IMG/VR virus record: IMGVR_UViG_3300031420_000003
Coordinates: 32,001-96,000 of that record
Strand: one strand, 5' to 3'
Length of the DNA: 64,000 bases
From: a virus
Shown: piece after piece, positions 29,387 to 39,345 of the stretch
Numbering within the stretch: the stretch's first letter is position 1
Layout: each line of letters starts with the position of its first letter
Notes under the pieces: generated by a model
Seen by the model: only the letters and a program-made list of their open reading frames with translations
Databases searched by the model: none
Told to the model about the DNA's origin: nothing
Position numbers and translations under genes: made by a program

Positions 29387-30907
29387 TCACTTAATCTCAG
29401 TCGGCAGGATGCGGTTTGCAGCGTAGTAGGCCATCCATAACCCGTTATACTCCTCCCCGAGATAAATCACTGCATAACGCACATAACGCTCCTCAGGACG
29501 CCAGCAAGCCACGTAGAAGCGACCAGTGGGTTCTTTGATGCGGTTGATGTCCGTACGTTGGGGTAAGTCGATACCTCGCGTCAGGATAATGGGAATGGTT
29601 TGCGTGTCGTTGTTTGGGATCTTTGCCTGAATCTCAAACGCCTTGTCGACGTTACGGTAAATGTCTTTCGACGGTTTACCTTTCTCATCGAACAAGATGT
29701 CCGTGATGTCGTTTAAGACAATGTGCTGTTCCTTTTGCATCACTGACTTTAACATCTGGGCTAACTCATCGCGAAAACCGATCGCACGATAAGAGAGCAG
29801 CGCCGGACGCAGAATACGACTGATGGCCAAGTCCTCAAAGAACCACACGTTGCGGTCTTCTGAGAATGTCATGCGCTCAATCGGGATACCTTCTTTACAC
29901 GCCACTTGGAACTTCTTACGCTTTAAGAAATCCCCGGTGATAATGGAGATAGGGTCAAAGCGCTTCAGTGGCGGGGTTTCCTGCCATGCATTGTTCGCAT
30001 GGGCATTGGCCAAGAAGTAGAGATTCTCCCACGGTTTCTTGGCAAACGTCACCGAGAACATCGCATCGGGAATCATCTTACCCAGCAGCACAATATCATC
30101 TTTGTCTTTGGCGTGGTTGCCAGAGAAAAGGTAATACCACTGCTCGCCGTTCACCGTACACATCGGATGCGGTTCGTTGACCTGCACGTAGTGGAACTTC
30201 TGCGTGTTGATGGCAGGCAACAGGGAAAGGTTAATGCCAACGTCAATCGCCTCTTCCTTTTCCGCTTTCTGAGGCAATTCCTCAATCGTCCAGAACGGGC
30301 GGTACTCCACGTTCTCAAACGTTGCGGTCATGGTCGAGCCAAGACGGGCCATCTTATCCGCCTGATCGTTGCCGTAGCGGTCAGAGTGACCTTTAATCTT
30401 CACGACCTTAACGGAGATGCCGTCTTTCTTAAAGCCCTGCTTGAGCTCCCAGATACGCTGCATCAGCTTGAGGTTCGCCACCGGCGTACCGTCTGCCCGT
30501 GTCCAGCCACGACTGGCCCAACCTTCGAGCCACTTGTTAAAAGAGTTCAACACGTAGGTCGCGTCGACGTGAATAATGTAGCTCTTTGCCTTAAACGGTG
30601 CACCATCGAAAGCCGAAATAAAGGCCACGAGTTCACCCACATCCGAGAATTGTTCTTTGGGTACTGGTATCGTACAGTTAACCCATTCGACTAAGCCCTC
30701 AGGCATCGTAGGCAACTTTTCCGCCTGCGAAATAATTTTGTACTCTTCCGGGGCGATTGCCTCCGGAACCCCGTCGGCGAAGTAGCCACGCTCTGATTTA
30801 AAATCAGCTTTGTTATACAGGTAGCCATGAATCCCCGCCCCCGAACCTAAGGGGGCAGTGGTGTGACTCCCGTCCGTGTATAGCACGGCGACGTCGTACT
30901 GTTTCAT
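29387..30907 (-). CDS. Ribonuclease HI with C-terminal extension (phiKZ gp155-like)
   Basis: LYTDGS, GELVA, IHVDATYV, GW.RADGTPVAN, KGHS...GNDQAD. Confidence 0.9.
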   Translation of the reverse strand: MKQYDVAVLYTDGSHTTAPLGSGAGIHGYLYNKADFKSERGYFADGVPEAIAPEEYKIISQAEKLPTMPEGLVEWVNCTIPVPKEQFSDVGELVAFISAFDGAPFKAKSYIIHVDATYVLNSFNKWLEGWASRGWTRADGTPVANLKLMQRIWELKQGFKKDGISVKVVKIKGHSDRYGNDQADKMARLGSTMTATFENVEYRPFWTIEELPQKAEKEEAIDVGINLSLLPAINTQKFHYVQVNEPHPMCTVNGEQWYYLFSGNHAKDKDDIVLLGKMIPDAMFSVTFAKKPWENLYFLANAHANNAWQETPPLKRFDPISIITGDFLKRKKFQVACKEGIPIERMTFSEDRNVWFFEDLAISRILRPALLSYRAIGFRDELAQMLKSVMQKEQHIVLNDITDILFDEKGKPSKDIYRNVDKAFEIQAKIPNNDTQTIPIILTRGIDLPQRTDINRIKEPTGRFYVACWRPEERYVRYAVIYLGEEYNGLWMAYYAANRILPTEIK

Positions 30908-31614
30908 TAACCCTCTCTCAGGAAATCTGTCGCAATGTATTCACCGGTGCGCATCTGCTCGTGAGCTTCCAGCATACGCGGGAAACCGTGGGTACGGGCA
31001 ATCAGTGCCAAGTGGTAGAAACGTGCGGTCAGATACCCTTCTTTAGCCGCATCGAAACCGGCATGATGCTCGGTGTAATCTTTGCCGCGTGTCCAGTTGT
31101 GTGCTTCTGCATCCATGTCCGGCTGCAGACCGAATGCGTGGGCCAGTCGCTCTGCCGTACGGTCAGAGTCCAACATTGAGAACTTACGGAACTTGCCCGG
31201 GTTAACATCACACTGGGCAAAAGCGTTCATCAGAATCGGTGAATCAAAGTCGGGGCCACGCATAGTCAACACGAGCGGCTTGTTCCCTAAATCTTCAAGG
31301 AACTTACGGGCCGTCCAAAGTGCATCTTTGATGTTGGTGGTGCCTGAGAACGCTTCTTTACGAGCGGCTTCAGACGGGGCGTAATCCGGGTTGTCTTTGC
31401 CTTCCCACCACCCAATGGTCGCCGGGTCAGTATGGAAGACACGGCTGGCCTCCTCATCGTTCGGATTGATGGCCTGATACGAAGCGCCAATTAAGCGCAG
31501 GGTCGCGATATCAAACGCTGCCAGACCGATACTGAGAATATACGCATCCGGTCGCAGGGATTTGGTTTCGACGTCTGTGCCTACTACAATTGAGGGGATA
31601 ACTACGTTTTGCAT
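30907..31614 (-). CDS. DEDDh 3'-5' exonuclease
   Basis: TDVET, GPDFDSPIL, HHAGFDA; start at MQNVV after GGAG. Confidence 0.85.
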   Translation of the reverse strand: MQNVVIPSIVVGTDVETKSLRPDAYILSIGLAAFDIATLRLIGASYQAINPNDEEASRVFHTDPATIGWWEGKDNPDYAPSEAARKEAFSGTTNIKDALWTARKFLEDLGNKPLVLTMRGPDFDSPILMNAFAQCDVNPGKFRKFSMLDSDRTAERLAHAFGLQPDMDAEAHNWTRGKDYTEHHAGFDAAKEGYLTARFYHLALIARTHGFPRMLEAHEQMRTGEYIATDFLREG

Positions 31615-31637
31615 TATATTGCGCTCCATTGGATATA

Positions 31638-31662
31638 CATTAGAAATGTTGATGACGTAAAA
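31638..31662 (-). promoter_or_regulatory. Promoter TTTTAC-N15-AATG
   Basis: Same spacing as the other copies; preceded by a hairpin at about 31672-31698. Confidence 0.5.
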
Positions 31663-31704
31663 TAAAAGATACCCTCCACCGCCCGAAGGAGGTGGAGGAT
31701 ACAC

Positions 31705-32175
31705 TTAGTTTAAACAGGTCTTCTCGTGTTCAGAAAAGTTATGCCGGAACGCCTTACGGTCAGACCGGTAGTTCTCAAGAATTTGGCGAAACTGATTAGC
31801 GATGTCCTGACTAATCTGTTCTGCACTGCGAGAGTTACGGTCAAGCGTAATGCGGTCTGGAATCGGATGGAGGTCCGGTGTTTCAAACTCTTCGCACAAA
31901 GGTGCGACCCGAGGTGGATGCCAACCACGCGCTGCGACATATTCGTTGAGATCTCGTGCGTACTTATAGACATAATACGCATAGATGTTCACGTCGATAA
32001 CATATGTCTCAAACGCTTTCTGATCGTCGTTACCCAAAGGATATCTAGCGGCCACTGGTGGATTGTCCATCTGCCTCGTAGGCCAAGCCCGCACCGGTTC
32101 CGGCGGGGTACCTTTGTACTGGGGGGTACAGCCCGCCAAGAGCAGCAGGATAACCCCCAGACAGAAAGGTTTCAT
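31705..32175 (-). CDS. Lipoprotein, candidate o-spanin
   Basis: Lipobox LLLLAGC; Pro-rich segment after the Cys; further Cys residues; overlaps the upstream membrane gene. Confidence 0.6.
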   Translation of the reverse strand: MKPFCLGVILLLLAGCTPQYKGTPPEPVRAWPTRQMDNPPVAARYPLGNDDQKAFETYVIDVNIYAYYVYKYARDLNEYVAARGWHPPRVAPLCEEFETPDLHPIPDRITLDRNSRSAEQISQDIANQFRQILENYRSDRKAFRHNFSEHEKTCLN

Positions 32176-32672
32176 TTTAATTCCCCATTGAGATGGTCGA
32201 TTATGGATTGACGAAATGAGTTGGTCTCAGCCACCCCAACGGGACGTTTGGCTGCTTCGCGCTTCTTTACGGGAGCCGGGTCTGAGTGAACCGGCACTTC
32301 GGGCGCAACCACCGGAGGCGGGGGCATGGTAGCTAACGTCGTTGGTGCGTTCTTCGAACTATCATATGGCTCCTTGCCTAAGCAGACAAACAGTTGCTTA
32401 TAAAGGTCTCTTATGTCATCGGCCTGCTTGTCTGCGAGGCCTTTTTTCTCGTCATACCCGGTCGCCATGTAGCGGTCATGTTCACGCACCTGCACCAGTA
32501 GATGATACTGCTGGAAGTAAAGGTACGAGACAAAGCCGGAGTAGACCAAGATTAACGTCATTGCAAGTGAAGTAATTTTTGCTGTGCGGGTAACTTTCTC
32601 ACCATCACCCGGCCTAAAAACTTCCATCAGTAATTGCAAGATAGGAAGTAATTTTAACAGTGATGCTAACAT
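32172..32672 (-). CDS. Inner-membrane protein, candidate i-spanin
   Basis: TM segment ITSLAMTLILVYSGFVSYLYF, then a helix, a Cys and a Pro-rich linker. Confidence 0.55.
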   Translation of the reverse strand: MLASLLKLLPILQLLMEVFRPGDGEKVTRTAKITSLAMTLILVYSGFVSYLYFQQYHLLVQVREHDRYMATGYDEKKGLADKQADDIRDLYKQLFVCLGKEPYDSSKNAPTTLATMPPPPVVAPEVPVHSDPAPVKKREAAKRPVGVAETNSFRQSIIDHLNGELK

Positions 32673-32696
32673 TGCTCACCTCGAGGTATTTTTATA

Positions 32697-34076
32697 ATGA
32701 GTTTAGATATACAAGGCTTTATCCAAATCGGGGCGCTAATCAACAACGAACCCGGTCAGACAGCGGTCGTGGGCGAGCTGTCAGAACTGTCACAGTCCTT
32801 CGCGCGCAGCAAACAATACTTCACCAAAGCAGGCCTTCAGGTGGAGTTAGTTTCCTTCACATCGAAGCGTGACAAAACAACGATCACTGTTCCTTCGGTC
32901 TTTTCAGACCACATCTTAACGTTGAGTCAATGGATTTACACCCAGTCCATTAATGGTAACTTCAAAAATGATGAAGTTGAATTCCAGCGTCTCCTGTTAG
33001 GCCAGTTCAGTACCACGATTGGCGATGTCCAGTCGGGTTCCATGATTGCCTCGGGTTCGAACTGGTTCCCACGTTGGGTCAGCTGGAAGTTGGAAGTAAC
33101 AGCATCTGGTGTTGAAGATCCAAGCGATGTGGACAACACCATCATCGTCTGGTTCGACGATGCTGACTTCAGTCAGAACTACACCGGTTGTGAGATTTAT
33201 CCCCAAATGCCCATCTCACCGGTGGATGTGTTCATGGGTGTCAAATCTGTGGTGGCGAAAGCGATGGAGGCGTTCAACTTGCCCGACCATCATGCTGCCA
33301 TCAATACCCGTGCGGCCGGTTACCCGTACACCGCACTGGTGACCCATAATTATACATGGCACGATCGTGAGGACTACGATGCAACGTTGTTGGTCCCCAT
33401 CTCCCTACTCATCTATGGTCGTGCGGGGCTAAATCCAACCAAGCAGAAAGAGGCGCTTCGAGATTACATCCTCGAAAACTCTGACTACCCGGTATCGGAT
33501 TGGGTGAAAGTGTATCCGGAAATCTTCACCACGACCAAGTTCACGTTCGTGCCGGGTTGGACCATCCGAGGAGTGCCCAACGAAGAAGACATTGCAGCGT
33601 TGTACTCGCCTATGCTCCCATATGATTTTCTTGCGGACGCTGTTACGGTGTTTGGCGAGTGGGGCGCACAAACCGTCGCACAAAAAAATTCCAACGAGTT
33701 GCCAAAGCCAACCACCGATGTGCAATTCTTCCCGAGCATTTATAAATCGCTGTCTTGTGCAGTGATTGCCGGTTCTGAGAATGCGATTGACAAGGATACC
33801 CTGAATAAGGTGCTCCCTGACTACGCGCTTATCTCAACCCAGAATGCGGATATCGCTCGGATCTCGAAGAACACAACAGAGTGGCTGAAGCTGTTCTTCC
33901 AAGCGCTGGTTGCAGCAGAAGAATACCACCCGTACGACACCCCGTTGGACGTGGTGAAACTCGTGGACGACAAAGACCCGGCGTTGTACTTCTTTGTGTT
34001 TGAGTATCAAAACGTGGAGTACCGCATCGTGGCTCGCAAGGCCGTGTGGGCTGCCCCGGCACCCGCTGCAAGCTAA
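32697..34076 (+). CDS. Virion structural protein (phiKZ-like)
   Basis: 459-aa plus-strand ORF with GAGG RBS. Confidence 0.6.
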   Translation: MSLDIQGFIQIGALINNEPGQTAVVGELSELSQSFARSKQYFTKAGLQVELVSFTSKRDKTTITVPSVFSDHILTLSQWIYTQSINGNFKNDEVEFQRLLLGQFSTTIGDVQSGSMIASGSNWFPRWVSWKLEVTASGVEDPSDVDNTIIVWFDDADFSQNYTGCEIYPQMPISPVDVFMGVKSVVAKAMEAFNLPDHHAAINTRAAGYPYTALVTHNYTWHDREDYDATLLVPISLLIYGRAGLNPTKQKEALRDYILENSDYPVSDWVKVYPEIFTTTKFTFVPGWTIRGVPNEEDIAALYSPMLPYDFLADAVTVFGEWGAQTVAQKNSNELPKPTTDVQFFPSIYKSLSCAVIAGSENAIDKDTLNKVLPDYALISTQNADIARISKNTTEWLKLFFQALVAAEEYHPYDTPLDVVKLVDDKDPALYFFVFEYQNVEYRIVARKAVWAAPAPAAS

Positions 34077-34085
34077 GGGGTCTAA

Positions 34086-34721
34086 ATGGTACGTATCCCG
34101 TTAACGCCCCCGGTGAATACCGAGGGTGTCTTTAAAGTCAACAGCCCGTTTAGTTTACCGCAGGATGTGTTGTTTCGCGTGGATGCTATCGCGAACTTCG
34201 CCGATGTGGCACGACGCGGGGATGACCCTTACGCCAAGTATTACGCCCCGCTGAATATCAGCAACAGCGATTACTTGGACGATGCGAAAGTCGGTGCCTC
34301 GATAATCACCTTCAAGTCCAGTGACGGACAGTTGGTGTTTATCCCTGACACGTACATCGAAACCTACCCCGGTGCTGCTGGGGTCAGTTACGTGCGTAAT
34401 GTGTTGGTGTGGGACTGTGGCCCGGTGCCCGACTACGTGGATATCAATGCACTGAATGCAGATGCCGTGGCTGTACTGACCAAAGGGTTGGGTGTCACGG
34501 TAACCGCCAGTGTCACCACGCTTGCCTTTGAGGGGGTTATCAGTGATGAGAACCATGTGCGGATGGAAGCAGAACGCAAAGCACGGATTCGTGAAACGAC
34601 GCCGTTGTCCGAGCAGCTTGCCCTCGCACTGTCTCGTAATGCTGAACTGCAAAAGCTCAACGACAGCCTGATGGCGATAGTGGCGGCCAATGCGGTTCCA
34701 ACGCCCGAGGCAAAAAAATAA
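34086..34721 (+). CDS. Probable virion protein
   Basis: Co-oriented with the previous gene; C-terminal coiled-coil. Confidence 0.6.
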   Translation: MVRIPLTPPVNTEGVFKVNSPFSLPQDVLFRVDAIANFADVARRGDDPYAKYYAPLNISNSDYLDDAKVGASIITFKSSDGQLVFIPDTYIETYPGAAGVSYVRNVLVWDCGPVPDYVDINALNADAVAVLTKGLGVTVTASVTTLAFEGVISDENHVRMEAERKARIRETTPLSEQLALALSRNAELQKLNDSLMAIVAANAVPTPEAKK

Positions 34722-34766
34722 AAGGCAGTGCCCACTCCCGAAGGAGTGGGCCACCTTATTTTATTT
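34711..34766. terminator. Bidirectional terminator
   Basis: GCCCACTCC-CGAA-GGAGTGGGC between convergent genes. Confidence 0.8.
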
Positions 34767-35711
34767 GTTCAGGTTCCACTTCGCAACGAAGTGTTCTTTG
34801 AACGCGCGACGCAGTTTGATATCGGAGACATTGCCTTCGATACGGCCCAGCAACTTACGGAAGTCTGCACTGTAAAGTTCATACAGACGACCCACCAGTT
34901 TATCAATCGCTTCTTCTTTCTCATCCGCCGGCGCGGAGTTTTTCGCGAGGAAGGATTCGATGAGGAGGCGAATCTGACCTTTCTGCTCTTCGGTAACGTC
35001 ATCCGGTAACAGGATACCCTGCGGCAATGGTTTACCGTCCAGAATGGCCACACCGTTTGCTTTCACATCAGAACCGGCCATGGTCAGTGAGTCACTGGTG
35101 TGTGGCAGTTCACCCGGCTTCGGCTGTGCGTTAACTGGGGTAGGGAGTTCCACTTCCATGTCGATGGTGAACTCATTGTTGATGCGCGGGTTGTAAACGC
35201 CGTTCAGGACAACCGCAACGTCTTCCCAGCTTTTGATGGCATAGACCGCCAGCCCGTGGGACAGCAGCAGGTTGTTGTACTTCACCGGCTGGTCTTCTTC
35301 GATAAGCGCGAGGTCAAACGGACGAACCACTTCACCCAACTCAAAGAAGTGTGGGTCTGCTGCTGCAATGGCATAATCGCCTTCAATGCCACGGGCAACA
35401 ACGATCCAGTTCATGTTACGGTTAGAGAAACCACGCGTTGCGTTCTGATTGCCTGCTTCGACACGCAGGTTGTCGAACACCACATGGCTGTAATCGGATG
35501 CGAAGTTATGCTCAGCAAACGGCAGTGGCAGCGCGTCCGCAAGCTGACCGGCGTAGACTTCCATGGCTTCTGCCGCGGTAAAGCCACCTGCACCGAGCAG
35601 CGCCTTACGCGCAATGCGTGAATAAGCATCCAGCGTGTTGAGTGTAACGGTGGTTTCACGGTTACGCAGAGTACGCGCCAGTTGTTCGATAACGACTAAA
35701 GGTAATGACAT
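34761..35711 (-). CDS. Hypothetical protein
   Basis: 316 aa, AAGGA RBS. Confidence 0.75.
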   Translation of the reverse strand: MSLPLVVIEQLARTLRNRETTVTLNTLDAYSRIARKALLGAGGFTAAEAMEVYAGQLADALPLPFAEHNFASDYSHVVFDNLRVEAGNQNATRGFSNRNMNWIVVARGIEGDYAIAAADPHFFELGEVVRPFDLALIEEDQPVKYNNLLLSHGLAVYAIKSWEDVAVVLNGVYNPRINNEFTIDMEVELPTPVNAQPKPGELPHTSDSLTMAGSDVKANGVAILDGKPLPQGILLPDDVTEEQKGQIRLLIESFLAKNSAPADEKEEAIDKLVGRLYELYSADFRKLLGRIEGNVSDIKLRRAFKEHFVAKWNLNK

Positions 35712-35741
35712 GAGAAATGTTCCTTAAAGGTAGATTAGGGT

Positions 35742-36008
35742 TTACTGCTTGATGTCTCCCACACGACGACCGTAGTGGGAGCGTTCTTCGAGTGTGGTGA
35801 CGTAGTCAACCACGTATGCGGTGATTAAAGGAAGACCAATACCTAAATAGGTAAACCACCACGTTAGTAAATCATCAAGATCAACTTTTGTGAAATGGTA
35901 CAGTACCAGAACAGCGATTGACGTATACGCCAACTGTCCGAATACACATGCCAGTGCGAGGAGCAAATCACGGGCGACCGCAGCTTCTAACGTGGTGGGG
36001 GTTTTCAT
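35742..36008 (-). CDS. Small two-TM membrane protein
   Basis: Two hydrophobic helices and a charged C-terminus. Confidence 0.65.
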   Translation of the reverse strand: MKTPTTLEAAVARDLLLALACVFGQLAYTSIAVLVLYHFTKVDLDDLLTWWFTYLGIGLPLITAYVVDYVTTLEERSHYGRRVGDIKQ

Positions 36009-36326
36009 TTACTTAATCCTGGTGCGTCGCCAGAGTGTAAACGGTTCAAGGACGGCTTTCGTGACCGGTAACATGAGAGTTAACCAAATCGAGTAAATGG
36101 CCATCCGACAGATTTCGGCGACGGGTGATAAGGTAAAGAGCCATCCTACAATGAGGAACGGCGTGGTAAGAAACACAAGCCAGAGTGTGGCATAAACCAA
36201 CCACACGGACTTCTTCGGAATGTGACGTTCCACTTTTTCAAGAAAGGGAACCAGCCACGCTTCATGGCGATTAAGCCACGACCACACTAAACCGGAAAGA
36301 ATGTTTAAGATATAGCTCACGGCCAC
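36009..36326 (-). CDS. Membrane protein
   Basis: 2-3 hydrophobic helices and a basic C-terminus. Confidence 0.65.
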   Translation of the reverse strand: MAVSYILNILSGLVWSWLNRHEAWLVPFLEKVERHIPKKSVWLVYATLWLVFLTTPFLIVGWLFTLSPVAEICRMAIYSIWLTLMLPVTKAVLEPFTLWRRTRIK

Positions 36327-36371
36327 TCCTTAAAATAAAAGCCCGGCAGACCGAAGTCCACCGGGTAAAGA

Positions 36372-36893
36372 TTAGTCTTGCAGCAGTGGCTGGTTTGGCA
36401 CCACTTGGTACTCCAGCACGAACTGGTGATTCGCCGCGTCGTCGGAGCGCCACAGTTTGTGGGTACGGGCCAGCTTTTCCAGAATGGTCAGGAAACTGCG
36501 CTGGGCGTATTCACTAGCACCAAAGAACAGTTTCTGCAGTTCAACCGTTGCATCCATGTACGCCTGACGGAAGATGAGTTCTTGGTTGTAGCCTGCTTTG
36601 GGCAGCCACAGCAGAACCTTACCGGCTTCGGTGTCTTCCACAACCGGGCGCAGACCGCAGATCCACAGGAGCGCTAAGTTCGCATTCCAGTCGAACTCAA
36701 TCATCTCTTCTTCGTCGTCACCAAATGCACTTGGGAACGCATCAAAGAAGTCGTGAAGTTCGGCAAAGTTCTCATCGAACTGCTCAGAGTCTTCGGCTGA
36801 GACATTGCCCTTCACCAACTGGTAGACGTCGCGTGCCGTTTCTTGGGCAGCGAAAACCAGTTTAGGATACCACGGTTGTTCTACGATGTTCAT
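36372..36893 (-). CDS. Hypothetical acidic protein
   Basis: AAGGA RBS; followed by a hairpin at about 36342-36365. Confidence 0.7.
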   Translation of the reverse strand: MNIVEQPWYPKLVFAAQETARDVYQLVKGNVSAEDSEQFDENFAELHDFFDAFPSAFGDDEEEMIEFDWNANLALLWICGLRPVVEDTEAGKVLLWLPKAGYNQELIFRQAYMDATVELQKLFFGASEYAQRSFLTILEKLARTHKLWRSDDAANHQFVLEYQVVPNQPLLQD

Positions 36894-36904
36894 ATTGATC
36901 CTTA

Positions 36905-37612
36905 TTAAAAGAGATTGCGGTTTGAGGCTAATACAGTATCAGGGTTGGGCTTCGTCACGGCGTTGCCGTAGAGTGATGACCAGACCCCTTGGAGTTCTTT
37001 CAGGTCGTTATCCTTTGTCTTCGCAAAAGCCAACCGCACGGACTTCCCAGCCTTCTTCTTCGGGGCTGCGGGAGTAAGGTCTGCGTAGAACGCAGCTGCG
37101 CGTCTGAATTGCGCCATGGTGCCGTTGCGTTTGCGGTGTTTACCGGATTTAATCAATGAAGCTGCTGTACCGGGGCCGTATTTGTAGCCGAGGTAGATTT
37201 CGCCATTACTGGCTTGCCGCTTGAGACGACCGTTCAACTCTTGTTCGATATCTTTGAGATAGGCAGCGGATAGCTTCAATGCCACACGCGGGTTGTTGAG
37301 GTTCGCGCCGTGCGGGATACCTAACTCCTTACCGTGTTTGCTAATCATGGCCTTTGCCGTGCCGCGTAGCATTTGCATGCCACCGCGTGCGGTGCTTTTG
37401 GGGTTCTTGGCTTTGACGTCAAAGCGCGACTCTTTATACATTGCGGTGGTGAGTAACACCGGGTCAACATTTTGCTGACGGGCCACTTCTAAGATGAGTG
37501 GCTGTACTTTTTCAAAACGGTCTTGCAAGTGGTCCTGGTATTCTGCCTGATAAGAAGCCTGTGCGGTAAACGCAACCAAGCTCAACAGGGAAAGGGCTAG
37601 AAACTTAAACAT
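36905..37612 (-). CDS. Secreted SLT-type lytic transglycosylase
   Basis: Signal peptide MFKFLALSLLSLVAFTAQA; YKESRF (catalytic E), ARGGMQ, IYLGYKYGPG. Confidence 0.85.
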   Translation of the reverse strand: MFKFLALSLLSLVAFTAQASYQAEYQDHLQDRFEKVQPLILEVARQQNVDPVLLTTAMYKESRFDVKAKNPKSTARGGMQMLRGTAKAMISKHGKELGIPHGANLNNPRVALKLSAAYLKDIEQELNGRLKRQASNGEIYLGYKYGPGTAASLIKSGKHRKRNGTMAQFRRAAAFYADLTPAAPKKKAGKSVRLAFAKTKDNDLKELQGVWSSLYGNAVTKPNPDTVLASNRNLF

Positions 37613-37722
37613 GGATTCTTCTCCGGCTGGATGTATTTCTTTTCCGTCTCGAACTATTCTTAACGGCGCGGTCAGCTAATTCACTCCTCTGTGATAGTTC
37701 AAGCTGATAAAATATGTCTCAT

Positions 37723-38214
37723 TTATTTTTCACTGAAAATCTGCTGTGCTTCTTGAAGGAGCCGTGTAGGTAAGTACATGTCAACCTTCGCGTCAAGTGG
37801 TACAATGATATCCTGAAGTGCTTTCCAAACCTCCACCCGTTGATAATATTTAAGCCAACCATTTGCCATGCCGAGCGGCGGCAGTGCGATACCACCCTCG
37901 AGCCTCTCTGCAAGTTCTGCTAAGCGGTGCAAAGCAGGCGTTACATAAGACACCAGTGTAGGGTCTTTAAAATGCACTTTCGTCGGGAAGAGTATTACGT
38001 TTTCGTCTTGATAAACCGTTAGTTCACCAACGACAATTTCACCCGCGCGACAACGTGCGCGATAATCATTGTAGAGCTGTGTGTAGCGTTCACGGCATTC
38101 GAGAGCGATGCCTTTGCCCATTGCTCCGACACAATTGACCGTCACAACCTTATAGCGCTCAGGCGCATTAAACAGATTCTGACGTATGGTCAGTTCATCG
38201 TGCAATGTTAACAT
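37723..38214 (-). CDS. Macrodomain protein, DarG-like ADP-ribose hydrolase
   Basis: NLF...TVNCVGAMGKGIALE...LFPTKVHF...IALPPLGMANG. Confidence 0.85.
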   Translation of the reverse strand: MLTLHDELTIRQNLFNAPERYKVVTVNCVGAMGKGIALECRERYTQLYNDYRARCRAGEIVVGELTVYQDENVILFPTKVHFKDPTLVSYVTPALHRLAELAERLEGGIALPPLGMANGWLKYYQRVEVWKALQDIIVPLDAKVDMYLPTRLLQEAQQIFSEK

Positions 38215-38222
38215 AGCGATAC

Positions 38223-38735
38223 CTATTCGAGTTCTTTGTTACGGCTGCGATAGAATGTCACCAGTGGGTCGTTTCGGAATGCTGTCCAAATAGCGGATGG
38301 GTTTCCAACAACGTCGTTACCGGTTGTCCGGATGTGTGCGTCACCTAAGATAACAGCAACGTTACCAAGCTTGCGGTATTTGCGGATGGTGGCGAGCATC
38401 GCAGTTTCGCGCAGTCGAAAACTTCTGCGGACATCAACTGCCCAACCTTTCTCATCCTTCACATCGTCTTTAAATACATCGTCGGCCCAGAGGTCGATGC
38501 CAATAGCAGGGATATCAAGTTCCAACGCGAGCTCCAAACCGAGCGGACCGTTTGAGTACATCTCGTCACGAATGGCTTTCTTCTTGTCGTGCTCAGTCAG
38601 CCAGCTGTGCGGCCCAAGCTCTTCCAACAACAGATAGCCGTACGGTTCCTTTTTGTGCTGCTTCCTTATCTCGGACTCAATGTGCCGACGCTCACCCGTG
38701 GAGTGGTCTTCACCGTAGATATCAACCCTGTACAT
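38223..38735 (-). CDS. TIKI/TraB/EreA/ChaN-like fold protein
   Basis: IYGEDH, LLLEEL, RETAM, VILGDAH. Confidence 0.5.
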   Translation of the reverse strand: MYRVDIYGEDHSTGERRHIESEIRKQHKKEPYGYLLLEELGPHSWLTEHDKKKAIRDEMYSNGPLGLELALELDIPAIGIDLWADDVFKDDVKDEKGWAVDVRRSFRLRETAMLATIRKYRKLGNVAVILGDAHIRTTGNDVVGNPSAIWTAFRNDPLVTFYRSRNKELE

Positions 38736-38824
38736 GCATCTATTCCTTTTCTTTTTCTTGCATCTTTTTGAGGAGGCGGTTGGCATACCGAGCAACAATC
38801 ACTCGAAGCTGCTTCCGCTGTTCA

Positions 38825-39070
38825 TCATCCACAACGCATCCCCGCCAACATCACCTGTGCCATCTTCACCGTTACCGGTGAGTTGTAGGTCATCGTCTGA
38901 CCCCAATGCAGGTGGTTGGTGACAGGCTCGGCAGGAATTAACCACGCCTTCATTGCCTCGCGATGTTCTTTCGAGGGTTCAAATGCAAACCCAAACAAGG
39001 TGCCGTCTTCGTTGAGCAGCTCCATGAAGCCTGTGTTGTCCGGCATCGGCTTGATACTCCGAATTTTCAT
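38825..39070 (-). CDS. Hypothetical protein
   Basis: GGAGG RBS, ATGA coupling. Confidence 0.65.
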   Translation of the reverse strand: MKIRSIKPMPDNTGFMELLNEDGTLFGFAFEPSKEHREAMKAWLIPAEPVTNHLHWGQTMTYNSPVTVKMAQVMLAGMRCG

Positions 39071-39345
39071 ATCCCCTCCCCTACCTTGATAGTGACTGTG
39101 ATGGGAGCCCGTCTTTCGTCTCCCGCAAAGTACAATGTGGTTGTGTTGGCATTGACCCGCACAAACGAACGGCCGTAGCCCTGTTCTGCCAGTGAACGCT
39201 CAACGTCTAATTCAAGGGATGCCATGGCGGCGTATGCCAAGTCTGGCTCTTTTTTCTCCACGGTTTTCTTCGAATGGAAAGGCCGGAATAAACGCTCCAA
39301 CCAATCCCCTCTATCGTCTACCACTATCTGTTCCTTTTTTGCCAA
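39067..39345 (-). CDS. Hypothetical protein
   Basis: Packed operon. Confidence 0.6.
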   Translation of the reverse strand: MAKKEQIVVDDRGDWLERLFRPFHSKKTVEKKEPDLAYAAMASLELDVERSLAEQGYGRSFVRVNANTTTLYFAGDERRAPITVTIKVGEGI

